A DNA stretch of 64,000 bases from an uncultured Clostridia bacterium (GCA_937911665.1 CALDQB010000039.1:14601-78600), one strand, 5' to 3'. Shown: positions 38,335 through 46,984, numbered from the stretch's first letter. Made by a program: numbers and translations. Notes: generated by a model not told the origin, from the letters alone.

Positions 38335-39726
38335 CTATTTGCCAAGATATGTGAAATGCATATGGTCAACCGTTCCGTTTATCCATGCATTTCCACCCCA
38401 AAGCCATCCGTATTTAGCAAATGTCTGAATAACCGTTCCGTCAGGCGGGAAGGAATATACAGATGTTTCGGGATCCCAGAAAGTTCCGACCGTTGTACCG
38501 CTTGCATATACACAATAGTTTTCATTGTAGTTAAGGTCTATCGCGGTTCCGTAGTTATGGTCAGAATATACACCGCTTGACATAGCGCTTCTCCACGCAT
38601 ATGCAGTTGCGTCCTTAATGGGCGGCTTGTCGTCCGAATTAAATATCTCTTCAAATATTGCAATTACATCATCTTTGACAACTGTGTTCACCTTAAAGGT
38701 AAGCGTTGACGCATATTTTTCGTTGTCCTTGTTAAGTTTCCATACGTTAACTGTAACCTCGGACATATTTGCATCCGCCTCTTCTTTCGAGGTATACTTT
38801 ACACCATTGGGGAAGATACGAGCTTCTTTCTCTGCCGCCTCTCCGCTTGCGAGTGTCTCTGTATAAGTCTTGAGCTTATAGAGACCGTCGCTGCCCGGTC
38901 GCTGAAGCGGTGTTCCGCTCGGCGCGGTAGTAGAAGAACCACTCCATCCCTCTTCATCCTTTGCGGCATCGGGGTTGTCTGCATAACGCAGAGCAACTGT
39001 CGCACCGCTCGGCAATGTTATATTTTTTATAAGCGTAAAGATATCTTTTCCGTTTGCATCCTTGGTTTTTCTCAAGGTAGTCTTTATCTGTCCCTCGTAA
39101 TTGCGTCCGTATAAAACATAGCAACGATATGCTATAATTGCCGCTTCTTCACGTGTTACGGGGTCATTCGGGCGGAACTTGCCCGTATCACCATCACCCG
39201 CCATCAAATGATTGTCAAGCATAAACGCAACGTGATTTTCTGCCCAATATGCAATATCTTCTGCATCGGGAACGCCATCAAAAACGCTCTCCGACGGGAA
39301 GTACGGACCGAGTACGCCCGCTGAATCCAAAAGGCTCGTAAAGATTTTGCACATTTCCTGTCTTGTAAGAGTGTTAAGAGGGAAGAAATGCCCCTCGCCG
39401 TCACCGCTTACAAGACCCGCATAGTATGCCATATTGGGAAAAGCATCCGTTGTGTCATTAAACGGCTGTCTTGCATTTGTAGAAACATTTTCTGTTGTAA
39501 GCGTAGCATAAAGATTTACCGCAACATTTACAAAGTCGCTTCTCGATATGGGCGTGTTGAACGCCTTGTTTGCATATTCTTCGGATATGATACTGAGCCT
39601 TGTTGCACTGTCTACCGCATCCTTTGCCCAAAAGCTCGGCTCATATGCGGCAAAAACATTCGCAGAGCCACCAAGCATAAACAAGGTAAGCATCAGAGCA
39701 ATCAGCCCTTTAATCTTTCTTTTCAT
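38335..39726 (-). CDS. Secreted SLH-domain protein with C-terminal M15 (VanY-like) peptidase domain
   Basis: 463 aa. Signal peptide MKRKIKGLIALMLTLFMLGGSANVFA. SLH-like repeats (..YYAGLVSGDGEGHFFPLNTLTRQEM.., ..WAENHVAFMLDNHLMAGDGDTGKFRPNDPVTREEAA..). C-terminal SDHNYGTAIDL ... VDHMHFTY. Confidence 0.75.
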   Translation of the reverse strand: MKRKIKGLIALMLTLFMLGGSANVFAAYEPSFWAKDAVDSATRLSIISEEYANKAFNTPISRSDFVNVAVNLYATLTTENVSTNARQPFNDTTDAFPNMAYYAGLVSGDGEGHFFPLNTLTRQEMCKIFTSLLDSAGVLGPYFPSESVFDGVPDAEDIAYWAENHVAFMLDNHLMAGDGDTGKFRPNDPVTREEAAIIAYRCYVLYGRNYEGQIKTTLRKTKDANGKDIFTLIKNITLPSGATVALRYADNPDAAKDEEGWSGSSTTAPSGTPLQRPGSDGLYKLKTYTETLASGEAAEKEARIFPNGVKYTSKEEADANMSEVTVNVWKLNKDNEKYASTLTFKVNTVVKDDVIAIFEEIFNSDDKPPIKDATAYAWRSAMSSGVYSDHNYGTAIDLNYNENYCVYASGTTVGTFWDPETSVYSFPPDGTVIQTFAKYGWLWGGNAWINGTVDHMHFTYLGK

Positions 39727-39878
39727 TGGATATTCACCTCAAAAAATAGAATTTTTGGACATATCTGTTTATATTTTACCACAAAAGCAAATAAAATTCA
39801 ACCGCCGTGCAACTTTGTTCACAAATTGTTATAAAAATGAATGATATCTGTAAATAAAAATGTTTTTAGAAAAAATGC

Positions 39879-39906
39879 TTGATTTTTTAAAAAAATGTGG
39901 TATACT
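39879..39906 (+). promoter_or_regulatory. Promoter of tRNA-Ser
   Basis: TTGATT (39879-39884), 16 nt, TATACT (39901-39906), with TGn extended -10. Same AAAAATGCTTGATTTTT context as the tRNA-Arg promoter. Confidence 0.6.
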
Positions 39907-39934
39907 GTAATAGTTGCAAAAACCAAATACCGCT

Positions 39935-40026
39935 TGGAGAGGTGGTCGAGATGGTTTAAGGCGCAGCATTGGAAATGCTGTGTACGTTAATAGCGTACCG
40001 TGGGTTCGAATCCCATCCTCTCCTCC
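39935..40026 (+). tRNA. tRNA-Ser (anticodon GGA)
   Basis: Acceptor GGAGAGG/CCTCTCC. Anticodon stem CAGCA/TGCTG with loop TTGGAAA. Long variable arm GTACG..CGTAC. T loop TTCGAAT. Encoded CCA. Confidence 0.92.
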
Positions 40027-40027
40027 A

Positions 40028-40059
40028 GAAAAAAGCATCGACTATTGTCGGTGCTTTTT
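40028..40059 (+). terminator. Rho-independent terminator after tRNA-Ser
   Basis: AAAAAAGCATCGAC-tatt-GTCGGTGCTTTTTT. Confidence 0.8.
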
Positions 40060-40063
40060 TCAA

Positions 40064-40235
40064 CGAAATACGCCGATACGGCGTGTGAAATATTGCTGCG
40101 CAATGTGAAATAGCTTCGCTGTGAAATATTTCCTCCGCAAATGTTAAAAGCGTATTTCATTTCACAGAAAACGACAGTTTTCTATTTCACAATTTCTCCA
40201 GAAATTATTTCACATCAACGAAGTTGATATTTCAT
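40064..40235. repeat. Convergent array of TGTGAAATA / TATTTCACA 9-mers separated by distinct mini-hairpins
   Basis: Perfect + copies at 40084, 40104 and 40120 (partial at 40064). Perfect complement copies at 40183 and 40206 (near copies at 40153, 40158, 40228). Spacers are small palindromes at 40071-83, 40093-103, 40167-82, 40192-205 and 40215-27. Confidence 0.85.
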
Positions 40236-40473
40236 TAAAAATCTGCGCCATCTAAACTATTTAGTTTTTCCAGGAAAAAGCACCACATATGAGGTGTACT
40301 CCAAAGGACAGTAAAAGGTCGTAGCAAAATAGCTACGACCTTTCGTCATTGTAAAAACAATCTAATTCCCATTTTAAAGGGTTTGTGTCTACGTATTCCC
40401 ATATTTTTTTATAATCTTTATTGCCACGTATAGTGTGGTCGTGGTAGGAACGCTGCCAGATTGGCATTTTATC

Positions 40474-40497
40474 GGGACGGATTTATCCGTCCCCTAC
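40474..40497 (-). repeat. REP-like hairpin 1 (GTAG + GC stem)
   Basis: Minus strand GTAG-GGGACGGA-taaa-TCCGTCCC. An in-frame TAA sits in the loop. Confidence 0.7.
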
Positions 40498-40555
40498 GAT
40501 TCTCGTCACACCTGCTTTGAATTTTCCAATAACATTTGGAATATCACATTTTATT

Positions 40556-40579
40556 GTAGGGGAGGTATTTATCCCTCCC
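40556..40579 (+). repeat. REP-like hairpin 2 (opposite orientation)
   Basis: Plus strand GTAG-GGGAGG-tatttat-CCCTCCC. Confidence 0.65.
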
Positions 40580-40683
40580 GCTGACCTTATTTCATCCTTT
40601 TCCAAATTTGTAATTATCGTATGTATATGATTTGGCATAATAACATATTTATCAACAATCCGTAGGAAGATAATTTATTTTTT

Positions 40684-40709
40684 GGGACGATGTGGGCATC
40701 GTCCCCTAC
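40684..40709 (-). repeat. REP-like hairpin 3
   Basis: Minus strand GTAG-GGGACGATG-ccca-CATCGTCCC. Confidence 0.7.
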
Positions 40710-40713
40710 AAGA

Positions 40714-40747
40714 AAAGGCAGAAACGAAATTAATCGTTTCTGCCTTT
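40714..40747 (-). terminator. Terminator of the transketolase operon
   Basis: AAAGGCAGAAACGA-ttaatt-TCGTTTCTGCCTTT then TCTT on the minus strand. Confidence 0.8.
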
Positions 40748-40802
40748 AAAATTACCGTTCTTAAGCGCACACCTCGTAAGAAGTGCTTTTTCAATATCTT
40801 AT

Positions 40803-41750
40803 TTATTTCTGTGCAATTGCTATCTTTGCTTTTTCTGCGATAGTTTTTGCGTCGAGTCCATACATCTCAAGGAGTGCTGCGGGCTTACCGCTTCTGCCGA
40901 ATACGTCCTTTGTGCCGACTCTCTGCATGGGAACTGGCGCTTTTTCAACAATAACCTCTGCAACTGCGCTGCCGAGTCCGCCGATTATGTTATGTTCTTC
41001 TGCTGTAACTATTGCACCTGTTTCGGTTGCCGCCTTGATTATGATTTCTTCATCAATCGGCTTAATTGTTGCGATATTCACAACTCTTGCCGAAATTCCC
41101 TCCTCTGCAAGAATTTTTCTTGCTTCGAGCGCTTCTGCAACCAGCATACCTGTTGCAATCAATGTAACATCTGTGCCTTGTTCAAGCTCTGTACCCTTGC
41201 CGATTTCGAACTTGTAATCCTCGCCGAAAACAGTCGGAACGGGAAGCCTGCCAAAACGCAAATAAACAGGGCCGTTATAATCAATTGCCGCCTTTACTGC
41301 AAGGCGTGCTTCCTGCGCATCTGCAGGGTTTATTACAACCATACCTGGAATTGTGCGCATAAGAGCCAAATCCTCAAGACACTGGTGTGTAGCGCCGTCT
41401 TCACCTACGGATATACCCGCATGTGTTGCGCCGATTTTTACATTGAGGTGGGGATAGCCGATAGAGTTTCTTATCTGTTCGAAGGCTCTGCCTGCCGCAA
41501 ACATTGCAAATGAGCTTGCAAACGGAATCTTTCCGCAGCTTGCCATGCCCGCTGCAACCGCCATCATATTACCCTCTGCTATACCTGCGTTTACAAATCT
41601 TTCGGGATACTCATTTTTAAATCCAACTGTCATAGTTGACTTTGAAAGGTCAGCATCGAGAACTACTACTCTCTCATCACCGCCAAATTCAACGAGCGCA
41701 TTTCCGTATGCTACTCTTGTTGCTACCTTTTCTCCTATTGAATATGCCAT
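40803..41750 (-). CDS. Transketolase, C-terminal (pyrimidine-binding) subunit
   Basis: 315 aa. Pyr-binding and C-terminal domains (GIAEGNMMAVAAGMA, ATHAGISVGEDGATHQ). Confidence 0.9.
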   Translation of the reverse strand: MAYSIGEKVATRVAYGNALVEFGGDERVVVLDADLSKSTMTVGFKNEYPERFVNAGIAEGNMMAVAAGMASCGKIPFASSFAMFAAGRAFEQIRNSIGYPHLNVKIGATHAGISVGEDGATHQCLEDLALMRTIPGMVVINPADAQEARLAVKAAIDYNGPVYLRFGRLPVPTVFGEDYKFEIGKGTELEQGTDVTLIATGMLVAEALEARKILAEEGISARVVNIATIKPIDEEIIIKAATETGAIVTAEEHNIIGGLGSAVAEVIVEKAPVPMQRVGTKDVFGRSGKPAALLEMYGLDAKTIAEKAKIAIAQK

Positions 41751-42595
41751 TACGCCTCACCTCCGATTTCTTTAATATAGGCATCGAGCTCTGCTATTGC
41801 CTGCTCGTACTGCTCCTGATTGGGAGCTGCGCCATGCCATCCAGCCTGATTTTCCATATATGAAACACCCTTGCCCTTTACGCTCTTTGCAAGAACCAGG
41901 GTGGGCTTGTCAGACGCTTTAGCCTGCTCTACTGCTGACTCTATCTGCTCAAAGTCATGAGCATCTATATTGATAACATTCCATCCAAACGCCTCAAACT
42001 TTTTGTCAAACGGAGTCGGGTTCATTACCTTTGTAATGTCGCCGTCTATCTGAAGTCCGTTGAAGTCGAGAAACGCAACAAGGTTATTGAGGTTATAGTG
42101 AGCCGCAAACATAGCTGCCTCCCACACCTGACCTTCTTCACATTCGCCGTCGCCGAGTATTGCATAAACTCTGTAATCCTTGTTATCTATTTTTGCGGCT
42201 TTCGCCATTCCGCAAGCGGTGCTTATACCCTGACCGAGAGAGCCTGTTGACATATCAACGCCCTTTACGCCCTTCATATCAGGATGTCCCTGTAAATAGC
42301 TTTCTGCATTGCGGAAAGTCTTTATATCCTCTTTAGGTATAAAGCCTCTCTCTGCAAGAGCCGCATAGAGCGCAGGTGAACAATGTCCCTTTGAAAGAAC
42401 AAGTCTGTCTCTGTTTTCGTCCTTTGGATTTGCGGGGTCTACGTTCATTTCCTTCATATAAAGATATGTAAGGATATCTGCTGCCGACAAAGAGCCGCCC
42501 GGGTGACCCGATGCCGCACTGTAAACCGCCTCAAGTGCCATTTTTCTGACATTTGCTGCGTGCAGCTTGAGCTGCTTAACGTTTTCTGCATTCAT
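41750..42595 (-). CDS. Transketolase, N-terminal (TPP-binding) subunit
   Basis: 281 aa. SGHPGGSLSAADIL, GSLGQGIS, ILGDGECEEGQVWEA. Confidence 0.9.
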   Translation of the reverse strand: MNAENVKQLKLHAANVRKMALEAVYSAASGHPGGSLSAADILTYLYMKEMNVDPANPKDENRDRLVLSKGHCSPALYAALAERGFIPKEDIKTFRNAESYLQGHPDMKGVKGVDMSTGSLGQGISTACGMAKAAKIDNKDYRVYAILGDGECEEGQVWEAAMFAAHYNLNNLVAFLDFNGLQIDGDITKVMNPTPFDKKFEAFGWNVINIDAHDFEQIESAVEQAKASDKPTLVLAKSVKGKGVSYMENQAGWHGAAPNQEQYEQAIAELDAYIKEIGGEA

Positions 42596-42642
42596 TCTGT
42601 TTACCTCCGTGGTTGTATATTAATTTTATAATTTTCTTTAAA

Positions 42643-43497
42643 TTATTTTCCAAAGTTGCCCATTACCTCTTTTGCGTCGGTTATTATAACAAACGCTTTC
42701 GGGTCTGCAACCGTAATAAGCTTTTTAAGCTGCGGAAGCTGTCTTGGTCGTATCGCACATATGAGGACTTTGCCCTCTTTCTTTGTATACATAGATACTG
42801 ACGAAAGTCCTGTGACTCCCCTTCCTAAACTTTCATATATCTTTGAAGTGATAATCTGCGGATTATCCGAGATTATATATACAAGTCTCGCAACCCTCAT
42901 TCCCTCCAAAATTGCATCGGTAATCCGCGCGCTTATAAAGAGAGTGGCGGCAGAATATAATATTATCTCCGCCTCGCCAAAGACTGTGCCTGCAATCAAA
43001 ATTATTGCGCCGTCAATAATCATAAAAAGCTGCCCTGCCGAGAGGCTTGGCATAAACTTTGAAAAAACCATCACAAGAACGTCTGTTCCTCCTGTTGTCC
43101 CTCCAAATTTCAGAACTGTTCCTATTCCAAAGCCCATAATCGCTCCGCCGAAAACAGACGAGAGCAATGGGTCCTCTGTAAGCGGTTTCATATACGAAAA
43201 GATTTCTGCGGCAATTGATAAAACTATTGTCCCAAAGACCGAGCGAAACAAAAACCGCCCGTCAAAGCAGATAAAGCCGAGTGCAAATATAGGTGCATTT
43301 ATAATCAGTATAAGCGTGCTTATGCGAATTTTTGTTAAATGATGCAGAACCGTTGCAAGTCCGCTCATCCCTCCAGGTGCGATACGAAGCGGTGCAAGAA
43401 ATATAGAAAGTGCCGCTCCCATCATTGTTGCACCAATAATTATCCCTGCGTATACCGACAAGGTATTCTTAAAATCCGCAAAGCTCTTTTTGTACAT
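42643..43497 (-). CDS. YitT family membrane protein (DUF2179 C-terminal domain)
   Basis: 284 aa. GGMSGLATVLHHL, GGTTGGTDVL, soluble C-terminal domain. Confidence 0.8.
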   Translation of the reverse strand: MYKKSFADFKNTLSVYAGIIIGATMMGAALSIFLAPLRIAPGGMSGLATVLHHLTKIRISTLILIINAPIFALGFICFDGRFLFRSVFGTIVLSIAAEIFSYMKPLTEDPLLSSVFGGAIMGFGIGTVLKFGGTTGGTDVLVMVFSKFMPSLSAGQLFMIIDGAIILIAGTVFGEAEIILYSAATLFISARITDAILEGMRVARLVYIISDNPQIITSKIYESLGRGVTGLSSVSMYTKKEGKVLICAIRPRQLPQLKKLITVADPKAFVIITDAKEVMGNFGK

Positions 43498-43536
43498 AAT
43501 AAACCTCCAAAGCTGATATGTACAAAAAGCTTATAA

Positions 43537-43977
43537 TTACTGCTTGTCCTTTTCAAACAAGAGTGCCATCAACTGCGAAATTCTCTCAAAGTCACCTTTT
43601 ATACAAAGATGCCCTATTAATGCCTCTACCCCTGTTGCTATTTTGTATTCGAGCACATTTGCATTTTTAGGCGGGTGAGATTTCGCATTTCTGCCTCTTC
43701 TGAAAGCGGCATCCTCTTCTTCTGTAAGCAAGCCTTCGATGCGATGATAAAACTCCGCCTGCGCGCTCGCCCTGACAAATTTTGTTGCCGCCTTATGAAG
43801 ATCATTTACTTTATGGTTTCCGTCAGACATCAGATGGGTTCTCACATAAAGCTCATAGACGCAATCCCCGAGATATGCAAGCGTTATCGCCGAATAAAAG
43901 GCTTTCCCATCTGTATGTATAGCCGCCGCACTCATAGCTGCAGCTATATTTTTCTCAATATTTTTATTATTATCCAT
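43537..43977 (-). CDS. mrnC: Mini-ribonuclease III
   Basis: 146 aa. LAYLGDCVYELYVR RNase III signature. Downstream of cysS as in B. subtilis. Confidence 0.88.
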   Translation of the reverse strand: MDNNKNIEKNIAAAMSAAAIHTDGKAFYSAITLAYLGDCVYELYVRTHLMSDGNHKVNDLHKAATKFVRASAQAEFYHRIEGLLTEEEDAAFRRGRNAKSHPPKNANVLEYKIATGVEALIGHLCIKGDFERISQLMALLFEKDKQ

Positions 43978-43985
43978 ATCTGTTT

Positions 43986-45395
43986 TTACAGGCGGGTAAG
44001 CTGTTGTCCCTGCGGTGTGTCCTTAACGGCATAGCCCATATCACGAAGCTTATCGCGAAGCTCATCCGATTTTGCCCAGTTCTTATCCGCACGCGCCTGT
44101 GCTCTCTCTGCTAAAATTGCTTCAACATCCTCGCCGCACTCATCGCCGTCCCTGCTTAAAAGCCCAAGGACTGCACCAAGCTCGCGAATTGCAGCGGCAC
44201 ACTCGGTTGTAACCGATTTAGGCGGGTTTTGAGTGATTATTTTATTAACGTCACCCACAAGTTCAAATATCGCAGAAATAGCATCTGCGGTGTTTAAATC
44301 ATCATCCATCGCAGAAATAAATCTGCTCTTGTGACCTTCAATTCCCGCAAGAACTGCCTTTTCTGCCTCATTTGCCTCTCTGTCTTCTCCACCGTCGGCA
44401 AGAAAATCCAGAGTTTCAAGACAGGTGTAAATTCTGCCAAGCGCAGATTTTGCAGATTCCATCAATTCCTTGCTGAAGTTAATCGGACTTCTGTAATGGG
44501 CAGAGAGCATAAAGAATCTTATTACCTCATACTCAAATTCTGCCGCAACATCGCGGACAGTAAAGAAGTTGCCGAGCGACTTTGACATCTTTTTGTTGTC
44601 TACGTTTATATATCCGTTGTGAAGCCAGTAGTTGGCAAACTGACAGCAGTTTGCCGCCTCACTCTGCGCGATTTCATTCTCGTGATGAGGGAAAATCAAA
44701 TCCTGACCGCCGCTGTGTATATCTATTGTCTTGCCAAGATATTTATTCGCCATTGCGCTGCACTCAATATGCCAGCCTGGTCTTCCCATCCCCCATGGGC
44801 TCTCCCACGCGGGTTCGCCCTCCTTTTGCTTCTTCCAGAGAGCAAAATCCATCGGATCTTCCTTGTCCTCATTTACGTCTATTCTCGCACCGCTCTCCAA
44901 ATCCTCAAGCGGCTGATGCGAGAGCTTGCCGTATTCTTTGAACTTCTTTGTACGATAGTATACATCGCCATCAACATTATAGGCATAGCCATTTTTCTCA
45001 AGCTCTGAAATAATCTCGATTATAGCGCCGATATTCTCGGTTGCTCTCGGATGAACGTCTGCCTCTTTAATGCCGAGCCCTTTTGCATCTGTAAAATACT
45101 CACCAATATACATATCCGCAAGCTCACGCACGGATATCCCCATTTCGTTTGCCTTGTTTATCATCTTGTCGTCAACATCTGTGAAGTTCTGCACAAAGGT
45201 AACGTCAAAGCCTTTATATTCAAGATAACGGCGCAGCGTATCGAAAATTATAAACGGACGTGCGTTTCCTATATGAAAGTAATTGTATACGGTCGGGCCG
45301 CACGAATACATTTTAACCTCACCCGGAGTTACAGGAACAAACTCCTGCTTGGACCTTGTAAGAGTATTATATAAATAAAGCTTTGTATCAACCAT
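43986..45395 (-). CDS. cysS: Cysteine--tRNA ligase
   Basis: 469 aa. HIGNARP (HIGH) and KMSKSLGN (KMSKS) motifs. Confidence 0.95.
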   Translation of the reverse strand: MVDTKLYLYNTLTRSKQEFVPVTPGEVKMYSCGPTVYNYFHIGNARPFIIFDTLRRYLEYKGFDVTFVQNFTDVDDKMINKANEMGISVRELADMYIGEYFTDAKGLGIKEADVHPRATENIGAIIEIISELEKNGYAYNVDGDVYYRTKKFKEYGKLSHQPLEDLESGARIDVNEDKEDPMDFALWKKQKEGEPAWESPWGMGRPGWHIECSAMANKYLGKTIDIHSGGQDLIFPHHENEIAQSEAANCCQFANYWLHNGYINVDNKKMSKSLGNFFTVRDVAAEFEYEVIRFFMLSAHYRSPINFSKELMESAKSALGRIYTCLETLDFLADGGEDREANEAEKAVLAGIEGHKSRFISAMDDDLNTADAISAIFELVGDVNKIITQNPPKSVTTECAAAIRELGAVLGLLSRDGDECGEDVEAILAERAQARADKNWAKSDELRDKLRDMGYAVKDTPQGQQLTRL

Positions 45396-46059
45396 TGTAT
45401 TTTTCCTCCACTTTCTGTTTAAGCTTATTAAGTTCCGCCCTCAAGCTGCAAAGTTCCATAGAAATCGGGTCGGGAATGTGTATCTGGTCAAGGTCAGGCG
45501 CAGGCCGAAGCATCGGTTTTGCCGCCGCAATCCTTTTATTCCCCTGCTTTACAATGTGAGCGGGAACACCAACACAAGTGCTGTCGGGCGGTATCTCGCT
45601 GAGCACCACCGCGTTTGCCGCAATCTTACTGTTGTCACCTACTGTAAACGGGCCTAAAACCTTTGCCCCCGAGCCTATTGTAACATTGTTGCCGACGGTG
45701 GGGTGTCTTTTACCCTTGTCTTTTCCCGTACCGCCGAGGGTTACACCCTGATATATAGTGCAGTAATCGCCGACAATCGCCGTCTCGCCTATTACAACAC
45801 CCATACCATGATCTATAAAAACGCCTTTGCCTATCTTGGCAGAGGGATGTATCTCAATACCCGTCTTTTTTCTTGTACGCTTTGAAATCCAGTCCGCAAC
45901 AAAGTGATGTCCCTTTGCGTCAAGGGCGTGCGCGATGCGATAATTTATTATCGCCTTAACACCCGGGTACAGAAAAAACACCTGTGCCCTCGACCTTGCG
46001 GCAGGGTCACGTTCAAAAACGATATTTATTTCTTCCCTTATCATTTTGAAAAAATTCAT
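45388..46059 (-). CDS. cysE: Serine O-acetyltransferase
   Basis: 223 aa. SATase N-terminal helix region plus hexapeptide repeats (GIEIHPSAKIGKGVFIDHGMGVVIGETA..). Confidence 0.92.
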   Translation of the reverse strand: MNFFKMIREEINIVFERDPAARSRAQVFFLYPGVKAIINYRIAHALDAKGHHFVADWISKRTRKKTGIEIHPSAKIGKGVFIDHGMGVVIGETAIVGDYCTIYQGVTLGGTGKDKGKRHPTVGNNVTIGSGAKVLGPFTVGDNSKIAANAVVLSEIPPDSTCVGVPAHIVKQGNKRIAAAKPMLRPAPDLDQIHIPDPISMELCSLRAELNKLKQKVEEKYNG

Positions 46060-46176
46060 ATATATAATTCCTATCTGTTATATTTGATATCAATATATCT
46101 TTAATTATACCCTATTTAGAATATTTAGTAAAGACTTTATTTGCATTTTTTTAACTTTTCTGCTTTCAAATACTGC

Positions 46177-46205
46177 TTGATTTTTTCATAAAAATGACAT
46201 ATAAT
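46177..46205 (+). promoter_or_regulatory. Consensus sigma-A promoter of the lipoprotein-XRE-kinase-like operon
   Basis: TTGATT (46177-46182), 17 nt, TATAAT (46200-46205). Confidence 0.6.
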
Positions 46206-46251
46206 AAAATTATATTAAAATATATGCAAAACCTAGAGAGGACTGACCGAT

Positions 46252-46602
46252 ATGAAGAAGTTTTTAGCTCTGCTTTTAGCTCTTTCTCTTATGCTTTCCC
46301 TTGTTGGATGCTTTGGCAAGCCCGATACCCCGAACGCCCCGATAAGCGGCATTCCCACGGCAGAGGCAGATGATGATATTTCAGACGATGACACAGAAAT
46401 AAACGAAGACCCCTCCAGAACCGAGGAATCCGACCGAAAGGAAATAGAAAGCAATCTTCGCGACGCAAGGGAACTTATAAAAGACGGATATTTTGAGGAT
46501 GCCACAATGATAATCGACAGCCTTAAAACCCGCGATTTGACCGACTCTGAACGTGAAGAGGTGTTAAAGCTCCAGAAGCAGATGATAAAGGTGTCGGATT
46601 GA
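46252..46602 (+). CDS. Hypothetical lipoprotein with acidic linker
   Basis: 116 aa. Signal peptide with lipobox LSLVGC. D/E-rich stretch, then a helical C-terminal part. Confidence 0.7.
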   Translation: MKKFLALLLALSLMLSLVGCFGKPDTPNAPISGIPTAEADDDISDDDTEINEDPSRTEESDRKEIESNLRDARELIKDGYFEDATMIIDSLKTRDLTDSEREEVLKLQKQMIKVSD

Positions 46603-46630
46603 TACCATAGTCACATAAAGAGGTGTAATT

Positions 46631-46957
46631 ATGGATCCTAAACAACTATTATTTGATATTGGAAATCGCTTATATAAAGCCAGACAGGAAAAAGGCTACA
46701 CACAGGAGTATCTGGGAGAGCTTAGCGAGCTCACTACTCAAACAATCTCAAATGCAGAAAATGGCGTAAAAGCATTGCGCCCTGAAAACATTATTAAAAT
46801 CTGTAAAGCTCTCGATATAAGCACGGATTATCTCCTTACGGGGACAGACAGAGCTTCTTTTATAACTATTCCGCAAGACGATTTCGAAAATATGACAGAT
46901 GTCCAAAAAGAGTATATCCGCACTATTTTGGAAAACTGCATTAAATTATCTAAATAA
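46631..46957 (+). CDS. XRE-family helix-turn-helix transcriptional regulator
   Basis: 108 aa. LYKARQEKGYTQEYLGELSELTTQTISNAENGVKALRPENIIKICKALDISTDYLL is a Cro/C1-type HTH. Confidence 0.85.
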   Translation: MDPKQLLFDIGNRLYKARQEKGYTQEYLGELSELTTQTISNAENGVKALRPENIIKICKALDISTDYLLTGTDRASFITIPQDDFENMTDVQKEYIRTILENCIKLSK

Positions 46958-46984
46958 AAATGACTTTAAAAGGGCGTGACACCT

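Larger units (their letters stand above)
40333..40709 (-). pseudogene. Decayed HUH/Y1 transposase (IS200-like / RAYT-like), 5'-truncated with in-frame stops
   Basis: Manual minus-strand translation gives ..LVGDDAHIVPKK*IIFLRIVDKYVIMPNHIHTIITNLEKDEIRSAGGINTSPTIKCDIPNVIGKFKAGVTRIVGDG*IRPDKMPIWQRSYHDHTIRGNKDYKKIWEYVDTNPLKWELDCFYNDERS*. HUH motif HIH, catalytic-Tyr region RSYHDH. Stops at 40483-40485 and ~40670. The N-terminal ~60-70 aa are absent. Confidence 0.75.

Noticed and set aside
39829-40108. ORFs overlapping tRNA-Ser (39829-40038 minus, 39914-40108 plus), and ORF 19458-19694 overlapping tRNA-Arg
   Set aside because: They span canonical tRNA cloverleaves together with their promoters and terminators, so they are not coding.
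40241-40345. Small ORF (MRCTPKDSKRS) and hairpin AAAGGTCGTAGC-aaaata-GCTACGACCTTT as an independent gene or terminator
   Set aside because: The ORF has only 11 codons and no RBS. The hairpin overlaps the 3' end (stop codon) of the transposase remnant, so it is most simply that gene's former terminator.
40803-42595. Split transketolase as a disrupted gene
   Set aside because: The N-terminal (TPP-binding) and C-terminal (Pyr/C-terminal) halves are complete and precisely abutting (41750). Two-subunit transketolases are common in Clostridia and archaea.
46060-46251. T-box leader upstream of cysE-cysS (as in B. subtilis)
   Set aside because: The region is under 200 nt, shared with a divergent promoter, and AT-rich. 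The minus strand has no GGGTGGTACCGCG-like T-box sequence or specifier-loop structure.
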